Assembly: GCA_022601395.1 (NCBI GenBank)
Contig: JAJACS010000005.1
Location: 4,825 to 68,824, forward strand
Source: Chlamydiia bacterium
Lineage (GTDB): Bacteria > Chlamydiota > Chlamydiia > Chlamydiales > GCA-2402025
Direction: 5' to 3'
Length of the DNA stretch: 64,000 nucleotides
Part shown: in pieces, positions 25,868 through 36,863 of the stretch
Numbering within the stretch: position 1 is the stretch's first letter
Layout: each line of letters opens with the position of its first letter
Position numbers and translations under genes: made by a program
Notes under the pieces: model-generated
Told to the model about the DNA's origin: nothing
Database searches by the model: none
Seen by the model: only the letters and a program-made list of their open reading frames with translations

Positions 25868-27615
25868 AAGACTGCTTTTTTTAACTTTAGAGCGTCAAAT
25901 ATTTTAGCTCTTTCTTCTGTGCTGCTAGTTGCATCGACTTTCATTTCAATGATGCTATGAGATGAGCTTTCTATTGCATCATGAATCGCTACGGATGCAT
26001 CTCTTACTGTGTGAGCTTTGGTGTAATTTACATTAAAAAGCTTTTCTACAGCTGAAAAAGAAAGGTTATGCGGGGTTTCGAAAAACTCCTCATAAATGTC
26101 CTTTTCCTTGTAGATGGGAAGATTTCTAAAAATGCAGCCACCATTATTGTTAATCACTAAAATTGTTACGGGAGGGATATTTTTTCCAAGCAGCGAAAGG
26201 GCTGTCATATCATGAAGGAAAGTAAGATCTCCCACTATTGCAAAAGTTGGTTTTTTACTGGCTTTTGCAATGCCAATAACGGTTGAGATATTTCCATCTA
26301 TTCCTGATACGCCTCTATTGCCATAGATATGATGGACCCCTTTCATAGGATGGAAAAAATCGTGAGCGTCTCTTATAGGCATACTATTTGCAATAAAGAC
26401 ATTATGGTTTGAGAGATTAACTTCAGAAAGGTAATGAAAAAGCCAAGGCTCATTTATATGTATTTCTGCGTCTTTAGACCCTAAAGCTAGCTCTTTAGCT
26501 GCTTTTGCAGATGACTCTGCTTTTTCCCAAGCTTCTTTGAAGTTGCTAGTCTGCTTTTCATTCAACTGACTTGTAATAGTCTTGCAAAATGAATCAGTGG
26601 TTTCAAGGAACTCATGGGTAGTTAGGCTGAATGGATCTTCGGTCTTTTCATAAGGGCTAACGTGTACATACTGTTGTGGCTTGCTTGAGGATAAGAATGA
26701 GTATAAATGCTTAGATACAAACGATCCTCCAAAGTGAATGACTATTTCTGGTTTGTGATCAGTACATAAAACAGTCGACTTAAAAATAAGGGAGCCGTGA
26801 GCAACTACGTCCTCTTGATAAGAGGCTTTGTGGTGGTTTGATAGTATATCACAAAAGATAGGGGCATTTAGCTTTTCAGAAAGGTTGCAAACCTTTTGAA
26901 AGCTTTCGCTGTCCATAGAATCAAGTCCGCAAATAATGAATACCTTATCGGATCTATTAAGCTCTTTAATCAGCGTTTTATATTCAGATGCTGGAATACT
27001 TTTCTCTGGATATACGTACTTTTTTACGGGCTTTTGCAGGAATTCGAGACTGTCTTGATGATGGTCATCTTGATCAGATAAAAAAGGTTCTCTAAACATG
27101 AAGTTTAAATGAACAGGTCCAATGGGACTTCTTGATGCTTGCAGGGCATATGAAATTTGGTTTTGCATAGCTTTCATTGGAGTAAATGGATCGATAGCTT
27201 GGAAGCTTCTTGAACTCCTTACAAAGTTTGCAAACATATTGATTTGATTTGTTGCTTGGTTCGCGCCACAATGTAGAAGTTCTACAGGTCTATCTGCTGT
27301 TAAAACGATAAGAGGAACCATGCTTTCATAAGCTTCCATGATAGCTGGAAGAAGGTTGGCTGTTGCAGTTCCTGAAGTGACGATAATAGCAACAGGCTTT
27401 TTAACAGCTTTTGCATAACCTAGAGCGTAGTAGGCAAGAGATCTCTCGTCAAAATGTACTGTGTATGAGCAGTTTTTATTTTTCGCAACAGAGCTTGTAA
27501 GGGGAGTAGACCTTGATCCAGGTGCAATACAAAAGTGAGCTACATCATGATGTAGCAATTCTTGAATAATTGTCTCTGCCCACTTTTGGGTAAGAAATGG
27601 ATTCTCTTTTTGCAT
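25861..27615 (-). CDS. menD: SEPHCHC synthase (ThDP-dependent)
   Basis: MQKENPFLTQKWAETIIQELLHHDVAHFCIAPGSRSTPLT matches the canonical MenD N-terminus. There is a ThDP motif GDLTFLHD...NNNGG. ATG 27615 is preferred over the track start at 27690. Confidence 0.92.
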   Translation of the reverse strand: MQKENPFLTQKWAETIIQELLHHDVAHFCIAPGSRSTPLTSSVAKNKNCSYTVHFDERSLAYYALGYAKAVKKPVAIIVTSGTATANLLPAIMEAYESMVPLIVLTADRPVELLHCGANQATNQINMFANFVRSSRSFQAIDPFTPMKAMQNQISYALQASRSPIGPVHLNFMFREPFLSDQDDHHQDSLEFLQKPVKKYVYPEKSIPASEYKTLIKELNRSDKVFIICGLDSMDSESFQKVCNLSEKLNAPIFCDILSNHHKASYQEDVVAHGSLIFKSTVLCTDHKPEIVIHFGGSFVSKHLYSFLSSSKPQQYVHVSPYEKTEDPFSLTTHEFLETTDSFCKTITSQLNEKQTSNFKEAWEKAESSAKAAKELALGSKDAEIHINEPWLFHYLSEVNLSNHNVFIANSMPIRDAHDFFHPMKGVHHIYGNRGVSGIDGNISTVIGIAKASKKPTFAIVGDLTFLHDMTALSLLGKNIPPVTILVINNNGGCIFRNLPIYKEKDIYEEFFETPHNLSFSAVEKLFNVNYTKAHTVRDASVAIHDAIESSSHSIIEMKVDATSSTEERAKIFDALKLKKAVLC

Positions 27616-28951
27616 ATGCTTTCTTATTCGAAATAAACTGTGAAATTTTGTAATCAAGCTCTTCCCACTCTTTAGTAGGATCAGAGCCATTCACAATACC
27701 TCCACCAGAAAAAAGAACCAAGCGTGTTTTTTGGATAAATGCGCTTCTTATTCCTACGAAAAATTCAGATTTTTCTGGAGAAATCCACCCTAAAGGAGAA
27801 GCGTAATAGCCTCTAAAGAAAAGTTCATTTTCTTGGATAAATGTAAGTGCCAAATCTGTAGGGGTTCCACCCATAGCTGGAGTTGGATGGAAAGTTTCTA
27901 TTAGATCTTTATCAGAATATTCCTCTTTAAGAAGACCTGTAAATGAGTCATATAAATGCTGTACAGTTGATGTTTTGGAAACCTTTGTTTTGTCGTCTCT
28001 TGAATAGCTTTCACATAACTTAGGAAGCGCTTTATCAAAAAAATGAGAAACAAAAGTAAACTCTCTTGCTTCTTTATTGTTATGTTTAAGCTCTTCACAT
28101 AAAGAGTGATCTTCATGTTCTGTTTGGCCTCTTGGACGTGTTCCAGCAACAGCTTCGGTGGAGATGTTTCGTCCTTCTCGTGTGTAGAGCTTTTCAGGCG
28201 TAGCTCCTAAAAAGGCTGTGTCTTTACATGGTATCCATGCAAACAAGGTAGAATTCAGGGCACTATCGGAGAGTTTTTTTAATACTTCAAAGGGATCCAC
28301 ATTTTCTCTGAAAGAGAAATAGGAACTTCTTGAAAGCACGACTTTCTGAAGAGGGGTTCTATCAAATGTATCTAAAGCTTTTTGAACAAGAGTACACCAA
28401 TTTGTGTAGTTTGGTAGATCCACTCTATCCATAAAGTTGCTCTCAAAGCTCTTCACAGATTTTGTAGTAAACTTTAGTCTTTCAAGTAGTGATTCTATGT
28501 GTTTGGTGATATTCTCTTGATTCTTAAGAATATGCAGACTGATGGTGCATATTCCTTTGTTATCCAACTGTAGCTCAACTTCAGGAAGAAAAAATCCAGG
28601 TTTTGTAAAGTTATTCCAGATATTGTAGGAAGTGATGTCTTTTGAAAAGTAGCATCCACCAAAAAGTTGGGGGAAGTGGCCTAAACCTCTTTTTTTACAC
28701 TCGATTTTTGGCACAGAGTCACAGCTGTACATTGATGAAAGAGCAATATGTGTTTTATTGCCTTCCTTGTTTTTCCATAAAAGAAGGGGATAAAGAGACT
28801 GCGAAGAAAGCCAATCAATAGGATCTTCAAACTTAAAAGTAGTTTCAATTTTATAAAAAGAAAGATCTTGGTCGTTAAGTTTATAGGTCCAAAGTTGCTC
28901 GTTTGTTGGAGTCGTTTCAAGAAGCTTTTTTGATGCTGCGTGTATGCTCAT
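27545..28951 (-). CDS. menF: Isochorismate synthase
   Basis: 468 aa chorismate-binding enzyme. GATPEKL, FHPTPAMGGTP and GGGIVNGSDPTKEWEE are present. Its 3' end overlaps the menD start by 71 nt. Confidence 0.88.
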   Translation of the reverse strand: MSIHAASKKLLETTPTNEQLWTYKLNDQDLSFYKIETTFKFEDPIDWLSSQSLYPLLLWKNKEGNKTHIALSSMYSCDSVPKIECKKRGLGHFPQLFGGCYFSKDITSYNIWNNFTKPGFFLPEVELQLDNKGICTISLHILKNQENITKHIESLLERLKFTTKSVKSFESNFMDRVDLPNYTNWCTLVQKALDTFDRTPLQKVVLSRSSYFSFRENVDPFEVLKKLSDSALNSTLFAWIPCKDTAFLGATPEKLYTREGRNISTEAVAGTRPRGQTEHEDHSLCEELKHNNKEAREFTFVSHFFDKALPKLCESYSRDDKTKVSKTSTVQHLYDSFTGLLKEEYSDKDLIETFHPTPAMGGTPTDLALTFIQENELFFRGYYASPLGWISPEKSEFFVGIRSAFIQKTRLVLFSGGGIVNGSDPTKEWEELDYKISQFISNKKAYAKRESISYPKVGRDNYSRIATS

Positions 28952-28956
28952 ATCGC

Positions 28957-29694
28957 TTAATTTGACTCCTTTATCCCATGATAAAGAGTAGCAATCCCAA
29001 ACGTTAATGGGATGGCTTTTGCCTTTGTAAACCCATTTTCAAGCATTCTATCGCAAAAAGAGCTACCATATGGAAATGATTCTATTGTTTTATTTAGATA
29101 AGTATAGGCCTTTGCATTTTTAGAGAGGAGTTTTCCAATTTTTGGAAGAACATTTCGTAAATAGAATAAGTAAAGACTGCGAAACCATCGTGTTTTAGGA
29201 AGAGAAAACTCTAAAATGTATGCTTCTCCTCCAGGCTTCAAGATTCGAATCATCTCTGAAAAACAGAAGTCGATATCCGTTACATTACGTATTCCAAAAG
29301 ACATTGTAAGAGCGTCAAAAGAAGATTCTTCGTATGGAATCTTTAGAGCGCTTGCACATTTAAAGTGAACTCTGTCTTTAAAAGGAAATTTTCTCACTTT
29401 CTTTTTCGCAATGTTTAGCATACCTTCTGACAGATCGATTCCCACCGCACTTTCAATATTTCTTCTTTTCTTAAGAAGGGTGAAAAGCTGGTCTCCTGTT
29501 CCTGTTGCTAAATCGATCAGAGAAATTGACCTTTCTTTGTTAAGAAAAGGCCTGATACGTGCTCTCCAATACTTATCTATTCCAAAGGAAAGTATTGTAT
29601 TAAGGATGTCGTAAGTCGATGATACTTCATTGAATAGTTGTTGGATGTTTTCTCTAGATAGAGGAGCTTTAATAGATGTGTCTCGTGTTTGCAT
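28957..29694 (-). CDS. ubiE: Demethylmenaquinone methyltransferase (UbiE/MenG)
   Basis: 245 aa. YDILNTILSFGIDKYWR, SAM motif DLATGTGD and FGIRNVTD. It is the first gene of the men operon. Confidence 0.88.
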   Translation of the reverse strand: MQTRDTSIKAPLSRENIQQLFNEVSSTYDILNTILSFGIDKYWRARIRPFLNKERSISLIDLATGTGDQLFTLLKKRRNIESAVGIDLSEGMLNIAKKKVRKFPFKDRVHFKCASALKIPYEESSFDALTMSFGIRNVTDIDFCFSEMIRILKPGGEAYILEFSLPKTRWFRSLYLFYLRNVLPKIGKLLSKNAKAYTYLNKTIESFPYGSSFCDRMLENGFTKAKAIPLTFGIATLYHGIKESN

Positions 29695-29791
29695 TTACAA
29701 TCGAACTTAGTGATGAAAAAGGTCCTTTTATCAAAGCCAGAAGTATAAATGCAAACACAAAAAGAGAACTTAGTGTGTAGACTTATTGAAC

Positions 29792-30280
29792 TTACGAGTC
29801 GAAATTCATGTCTAAACTAAGCTCAAGGTTGGCGTTTTTATCTTCTTCTGTAAAAATGCCTGCCTTCAAACTTCCGCTTGCAAAATCACCAAAAGTTTTC
29901 CACTCAGTCTTGTCTTGGCTGAATCTAAAGCTACATAGTTCAATGATTTCTCTTAGACTCTCTTTATTGAAGTCTTCTTCAGTAAGATCTTTTGGATATT
30001 GAACTAGAACGTAGAATGGTGATTTTACGACCACATTTCCAAGATCATCTTTTCTATCAAAATCAAAGATCTCGCCCGAAGCAGTTATCTTTAGAGGAAA
30101 GGTTGCGCCTTCTCTAAACTTAAGAATGATACTTTCCCGATCTTTTGAGAAAAGTTCGTTAAAGCTTGTTTGATCAAGTTGGTCTATTTCATATTCATTG
30201 TTTTCAAAACTGAATAGTGAAGCGGATAGTGCGATGCCTATTGTAGCAAGGACTCTTGTGATATTTGATTTCATTGCCAA
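29792..30280 (-). CDS. Hypothetical exported protein
   Basis: 162 aa with an N-terminal signal-like helix (VLATIGIALSASLFSF) and no recognisable domain. Confidence 0.45.
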   Translation of the reverse strand: MAMKSNITRVLATIGIALSASLFSFENNEYEIDQLDQTSFNELFSKDRESIILKFREGATFPLKITASGEIFDFDRKDDLGNVVVKSPFYVLVQYPKDLTEEDFNKESLREIIELCSFRFSQDKTEWKTFGDFASGSLKAGIFTEEDKNANLELSLDMNFDS

Positions 30281-30342
30281 CCTCCGATGTTTAAGTTTCG
30301 TGGCGCAATTAGTCTAAGAGTCCTTTGGCTTTAATAGCTAGC

Positions 30343-32160
30343 TCAAGATTTTCTTTTTCTATCCACTTCTTTTAAGTGTCTTTTTCTAAGACGAATAAAA
30401 TTAGGAGTGACTTCGATAAGTTCATCATCATCGATGTAATCAATAGCTCTTTCAAGAATGAACTCCCTTGCAGGGATGATTTGTACGTTCTCATCTGTTC
30501 CTGAAGCTCTGACGTTTGTAAGCTGTTTCTCTCTTGTGATGTTTACAACTAGGTCATTGTCTCGTTTGTGCTCACCAACAACCATTCCCTCATAAACATC
30601 TTGTGTTGGCTTAACAAAGATAATGCCACGGTCTTGAAGATTGAAAATAGCGTAAGGGGTTGCTTTTCCTTGTGCTTGTGAAATCAGAACTCCTTTAGTT
30701 CTTCCAGGAATAGTCCCTTTCCAAGGAGTGTACTCGTGGAAAACAGAAGTTAGGATTCCTTCACCTTTTGTCTCTGTTAGGAAATCGTTTCTATAACCCA
30801 TCAAGCCTCTTGTCGGGATAAGAAATTCAAGACTGGTAATTCCATGTTCATTTGTGCTGAGTGCTTGCATTTCACCTTTTCTTCGTGAAAGCTCTTCGAT
30901 TACACCACCAGAAAATTCTTCTCTTACTTCTATATGTGCAGTTTCTAAGGGCTCATGTCTTACATTGTCAATTTCTTTAACGATAACTTGTGGCTTTGAG
31001 ATGCAGAACTCGTAATCTTCTCTTCTCATTGCTTCAATAAGAATGGCAAGGTGTAGCTCACCTCTACCGCAAACTTTAATCGCGTCTTCTTTTCCAGCAA
31101 TCTCTTCGATTTTAAGAGAAATATTAGCCTTTTTCTCTTTCAAAAGCCTGTCTTTAATCTTATTCATTGTGACGTGCTTACCGTCTTTACCAACGAAAGG
31201 ACCACTGTTTACCATGAATTCAATGGAAACAGTAGGTTCAGTTAAGCTAATAGAGGGGAGTTGGGCGATGTTGTCTCTTGTGCAAAGAGTGTCTCCGATC
31301 ATAATTTCAGGAGCACCAGAAATACTTACAATGTCACCAACATACGCTTCTTCTACTTCGACTTTTTCAAGGCCAAGATAGTTTTCGATTCTAGTTACTT
31401 TGTAGTCTGTAGGGTGTCCATTTGCATCAACAACAACAAAAGGATTTCCCTTTTTTATCGTTCCTTCAAGAATTCGGCCTGTAGCTTGTCTACCTACGTA
31501 GTCGTCGTATGATAGTGTGCTAGCCTGCATCAAGAAAGGTAAGTCTGCATTGCCGGCTGGAGCTGGTACTTTGTCGAGAATAAGCTCAAAAAGAGGTCTC
31601 ATATCTGTTCTTGGGTCACCAACTTCTTTCATTGCAAATCCCATCACGCCTGAAGCATAACAATATGGGAAGTCTAGCTGCTCATCATTAGCGCCAAGTT
31701 CAACGAATAAATCGAAAGTTTTGTTTAATGCGTGGTCTGGGTTTGCATGCGGCTTGTCAATTTTGTTTAATACAACAATAGGGTTCAAGTTCATCTTCAA
31801 CGCTTGAGACAATACAAAGCGTGTTTGTGGCTTTGGACCTTCTTGAGCGTCAATAAGAAGTAGAACGCTGTTAACCATTCCAAGAATACGCTCAACTTCT
31901 CCAGAGAAGTCTGCGTGTCCAGGAGTATCAATAATGTTGATTTTAGTGTCTTCGAAATGCAAACAGGTATGCTTTGCAAAAATCGTGATGCCTCGTTCTT
32001 TTTCTTGATCATAGCTGTCCATAGCTCTTTCAGGGACGTGTTCATTATCTCTAAAAATATTACTTTGCTGCAAAAGAGCATCAAGCATTGTGGTCTTGCC
32101 ATGGTCGATGTGAGCGATGATGGCGATGTTTCTGATTTCTTCTTTGGATTGTTTGTTCAT
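30343..32160 (-). CDS. typA: Translational GTPase TypA/BipA
   Basis: 605 aa. AIIAHIDHGKTT, DTPGHADF and NKID G-motifs, with EF-G-like domains and the BipA C-terminal domain. Confidence 0.95.
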   Translation of the reverse strand: MNKQSKEEIRNIAIIAHIDHGKTTMLDALLQQSNIFRDNEHVPERAMDSYDQEKERGITIFAKHTCLHFEDTKINIIDTPGHADFSGEVERILGMVNSVLLLIDAQEGPKPQTRFVLSQALKMNLNPIVVLNKIDKPHANPDHALNKTFDLFVELGANDEQLDFPYCYASGVMGFAMKEVGDPRTDMRPLFELILDKVPAPAGNADLPFLMQASTLSYDDYVGRQATGRILEGTIKKGNPFVVVDANGHPTDYKVTRIENYLGLEKVEVEEAYVGDIVSISGAPEIMIGDTLCTRDNIAQLPSISLTEPTVSIEFMVNSGPFVGKDGKHVTMNKIKDRLLKEKKANISLKIEEIAGKEDAIKVCGRGELHLAILIEAMRREDYEFCISKPQVIVKEIDNVRHEPLETAHIEVREEFSGGVIEELSRRKGEMQALSTNEHGITSLEFLIPTRGLMGYRNDFLTETKGEGILTSVFHEYTPWKGTIPGRTKGVLISQAQGKATPYAIFNLQDRGIIFVKPTQDVYEGMVVGEHKRDNDLVVNITREKQLTNVRASGTDENVQIIPAREFILERAIDYIDDDELIEVTPNFIRLRKRHLKEVDRKRKS

Positions 32161-32436
32161 AACTTCTTACGGCTGTATTAAATAAGAATTAGTATAGATA
32201 GAAATTATTCGTAAGTCAATGAGCTTTCTCGAATAATTCAATAAGATGCAGCTTGAGGCTCTTTACAGGCGCTCAGGGTGGTGAATTCTTTGTTTTATTT
32301 AAGTATTAATCTATTGCTTTTAAAAAAATGCAAGGTTAACCTTTAACGCCATAATTGCTGCATTAGCAAGGTTTTACTTCAATAAAAACTTTGAGAAAAA
32401 GCAGCTTTAGTTATAGTGAAGCTTAGGAGGCGGGCA

Positions 32437-33903
32437 ATGGAAAGTTGTCAAAACGTCAACCTTCTTCAAAAAGAAGGTAGTGGTTCTAGCTCTGATGCTT
32501 TCAAGACAAGAAGACTAGACCGTCTTCTTGCTGAGCAAATAGATAAGGCTTTTCATAAGCAAACGGCGCAAGTGTGTCTAGAGAATCTTGCTAAGATCGC
32601 TTCTGAACACTCTCCCATAGATCTTGCAAATGCTGTTTCTATGCTTCCCTCAAGCCTAAGGCCTATTCTTTTTGAAAACTTTACTACTATCACCCGAAAA
32701 GTTGAATTCATTCTTAACACAGATAGCTCAACTCGTATTGCCGTATTTCGTTATATCAGCGACTATGAAACAAAAAAGCTACTTGAGGAAATGACTTCTC
32801 AGGATGCTGTATTCCTGCTAGACGACATGTCAGAAAGAAGGTACAGAAGAATTCTGGAGCTTCTAGATCAGGAAAAAGTAGAAGCTATCAAAGAGCATAA
32901 GCAACACTCAAGAAATAGTGCTGGCAGACTTATGAGCAATGAGTACTTTTCCTTTAATGGGGAGATGACTGTTGCAGAGGTTGCAGAAGTGATCAAAGAG
33001 AATCCTGGGATTGAATTTACAAGGATTCTTTTTGTTACGGATTTTGATCAAAAACTTCTTGGTTTCATTACATCAAGGCATTTGATAGTGAACCCTCCTT
33101 ACGTAAAGCTAAAAGAGATGCTAAGTCCAGTTTGCAACACCGTAACGCCAGACGCAACTAGAGAAGAAGTTGTTGATGTAATGCAGCGCTACAAAGTTGC
33201 CGCTTTGCCAGTTGTTGACGAGTCACATAGAATGCTTGGTGCAATTGGTTATGATGATGTGATGGAGGCTATGGAAGATATTGCTGATGAAACAATGGCT
33301 TGTATGGCAGGTACTGGTGAAAATGTAAGAGAGCCAGAGTCTGTGATAAAGCGATTTTTCTGCAGAGCTCCTTGGCTTATCGTTACACTCCTCGCAGGCC
33401 TTTTAAATATGTCTGTTATGAACGTGTTTCAGCAGTATGAAGGTATCTTTTTAACTTTTGTATTTTTCTTTGTTCCTTTGGTTACAGGGATGTCTGGAAA
33501 TATTGGACTTCAGTGTAGTACAGTCCTTGTAAGAAATATGGCTCTTGGGCTGCTTACACAAGCAACAAAAAAAGAAGTGATTCGTAGTGAACTTTATCTC
33601 GGCTTTTTGAATGGAGCTGTTTTTGGGGTGCTTTCTGGGTTCTTTGTTTTCTGTCTAAATATTCAAGGAATAACTGTAATGACAGCGAGTCCCGTAGTAG
33701 TGGGGCTAATTGTCGGAGTAGGGCTATTTGGAGCCTGTATAACTGGCACTCTTCTCGGTGTCTTTTCACCTCTTGCTTTTTCAAGGTTTGGGGTCGATCC
33801 AGCCGTTGCCTCAGGGCCGATTGTGACGGCTTTCAATGACTTTCTTTCAATGACGATTTATTTTGTAATTGCTATATTATTAAGCAACGTTTTTATGGTA
33901 TAA
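32437..33903 (+). CDS. mgtE: Magnesium transporter MgtE
   Basis: N-domain, CBS pair (ALPVVDESHRMLGAIGYDDVMEAMED) and a 5-TM MgtE domain (GMSGNIGLQCSTV; ASGPIVTAFNDF). A TAGGAGG Shine-Dalgarno lies 6 nt before ATG 32437; the track ORF opens at GTG 32416. Confidence 0.93.
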   Translation: MESCQNVNLLQKEGSGSSSDAFKTRRLDRLLAEQIDKAFHKQTAQVCLENLAKIASEHSPIDLANAVSMLPSSLRPILFENFTTITRKVEFILNTDSSTRIAVFRYISDYETKKLLEEMTSQDAVFLLDDMSERRYRRILELLDQEKVEAIKEHKQHSRNSAGRLMSNEYFSFNGEMTVAEVAEVIKENPGIEFTRILFVTDFDQKLLGFITSRHLIVNPPYVKLKEMLSPVCNTVTPDATREEVVDVMQRYKVAALPVVDESHRMLGAIGYDDVMEAMEDIADETMACMAGTGENVREPESVIKRFFCRAPWLIVTLLAGLLNMSVMNVFQQYEGIFLTFVFFFVPLVTGMSGNIGLQCSTVLVRNMALGLLTQATKKEVIRSELYLGFLNGAVFGVLSGFFVFCLNIQGITVMTASPVVVGLIVGVGLFGACITGTLLGVFSPLAFSRFGVDPAVASGPIVTAFNDFLSMTIYFVIAILLSNVFMV

Positions 33904-33981
33904 TCCAGTCTAAAAATTAGATCTTGGAAAAGCTTGCTATTTTGATACGGCTGAACTATATTCCTAGCTTTGGAACAGCTG

Positions 33982-34332
33982 ATGGCGGGTATGGCTTCTA
34001 ATAGAAATCGTAGGATTCCTAAGAACTATCAAGGTCAAAAACCAACCGGAAGACAAATTAAAGACTTGCTCAATCCTCTTCTTGATGAATTGCAAGAGCG
34101 AGTAAAAACGCAGCCTGGTGATGTAGTAAATGCATGGCCTGAGCTTGTTGGAGAGAAAATAGCTTCAATGACAGAGGCGGTTTCTTTTCAATCGGGAGTG
34201 CTTGTTGTTAAAGTAAGTAATTCAGCTCTTTATAGCCTTCTTGTTTCACATGAAAAAAGAAGAATAGAAGGGCTCCTTAAGAGTTACTTTCCAACACTCA
34301 CTATTAATAAAATCCAGTTTCGCATAAGGTAG
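33982..34332 (+). CDS. DUF721 (DciA-like) protein
   Basis: About 116 aa. WPELVGEKIASMTEAVSFQSGVLVVKVSNSALYSLL...INKIQFRI fits the DUF721 pattern. It sits directly upstream of gyrB, as in many bacteria. Start is uncertain (TTG 33970, ATG 33982 or 33991). Confidence 0.7.
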   Translation: MAGMASNRNRRIPKNYQGQKPTGRQIKDLLNPLLDELQERVKTQPGDVVNAWPELVGEKIASMTEAVSFQSGVLVVKVSNSALYSLLVSHEKRRIEGLLKSYFPTLTINKIQFRIR

Positions 34333-34358
34333 TGAAGACAAACCTAAAAGAGATATAA

Positions 34359-36845
<2,487 letters not shown>

Positions 36846-36863
36846 TAAGGAGCGATAACATCC

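Noticed and set aside
27545-27690. Possible menF-menD fusion, or a frameshift (PHYLLO-like) suggested by the 609-aa track ORF overlapping menF
   Set aside because: The canonical MenD N-terminus begins at the internal ATG 27615, and MenF ends with its normal C-terminal motifs. The two frames differ, and the 71-nt overlap fits the generally overlapping architecture of this operon. No disruption needs to be invoked.
32161-32436. M-box (Mg2+) riboswitch or oriC in the 276-bp typA/mgtE divergent spacer, where gene orientation switches from a long minus-strand run to a long plus-strand run
   Set aside because: I could not recognise conserved M-box core sequences or a DnaA-box cluster. Orientation switches occur many times in this window, so this one is not diagnostic. 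A covariance-model scan (Rfam M-box) and cumulative GC skew would settle it.
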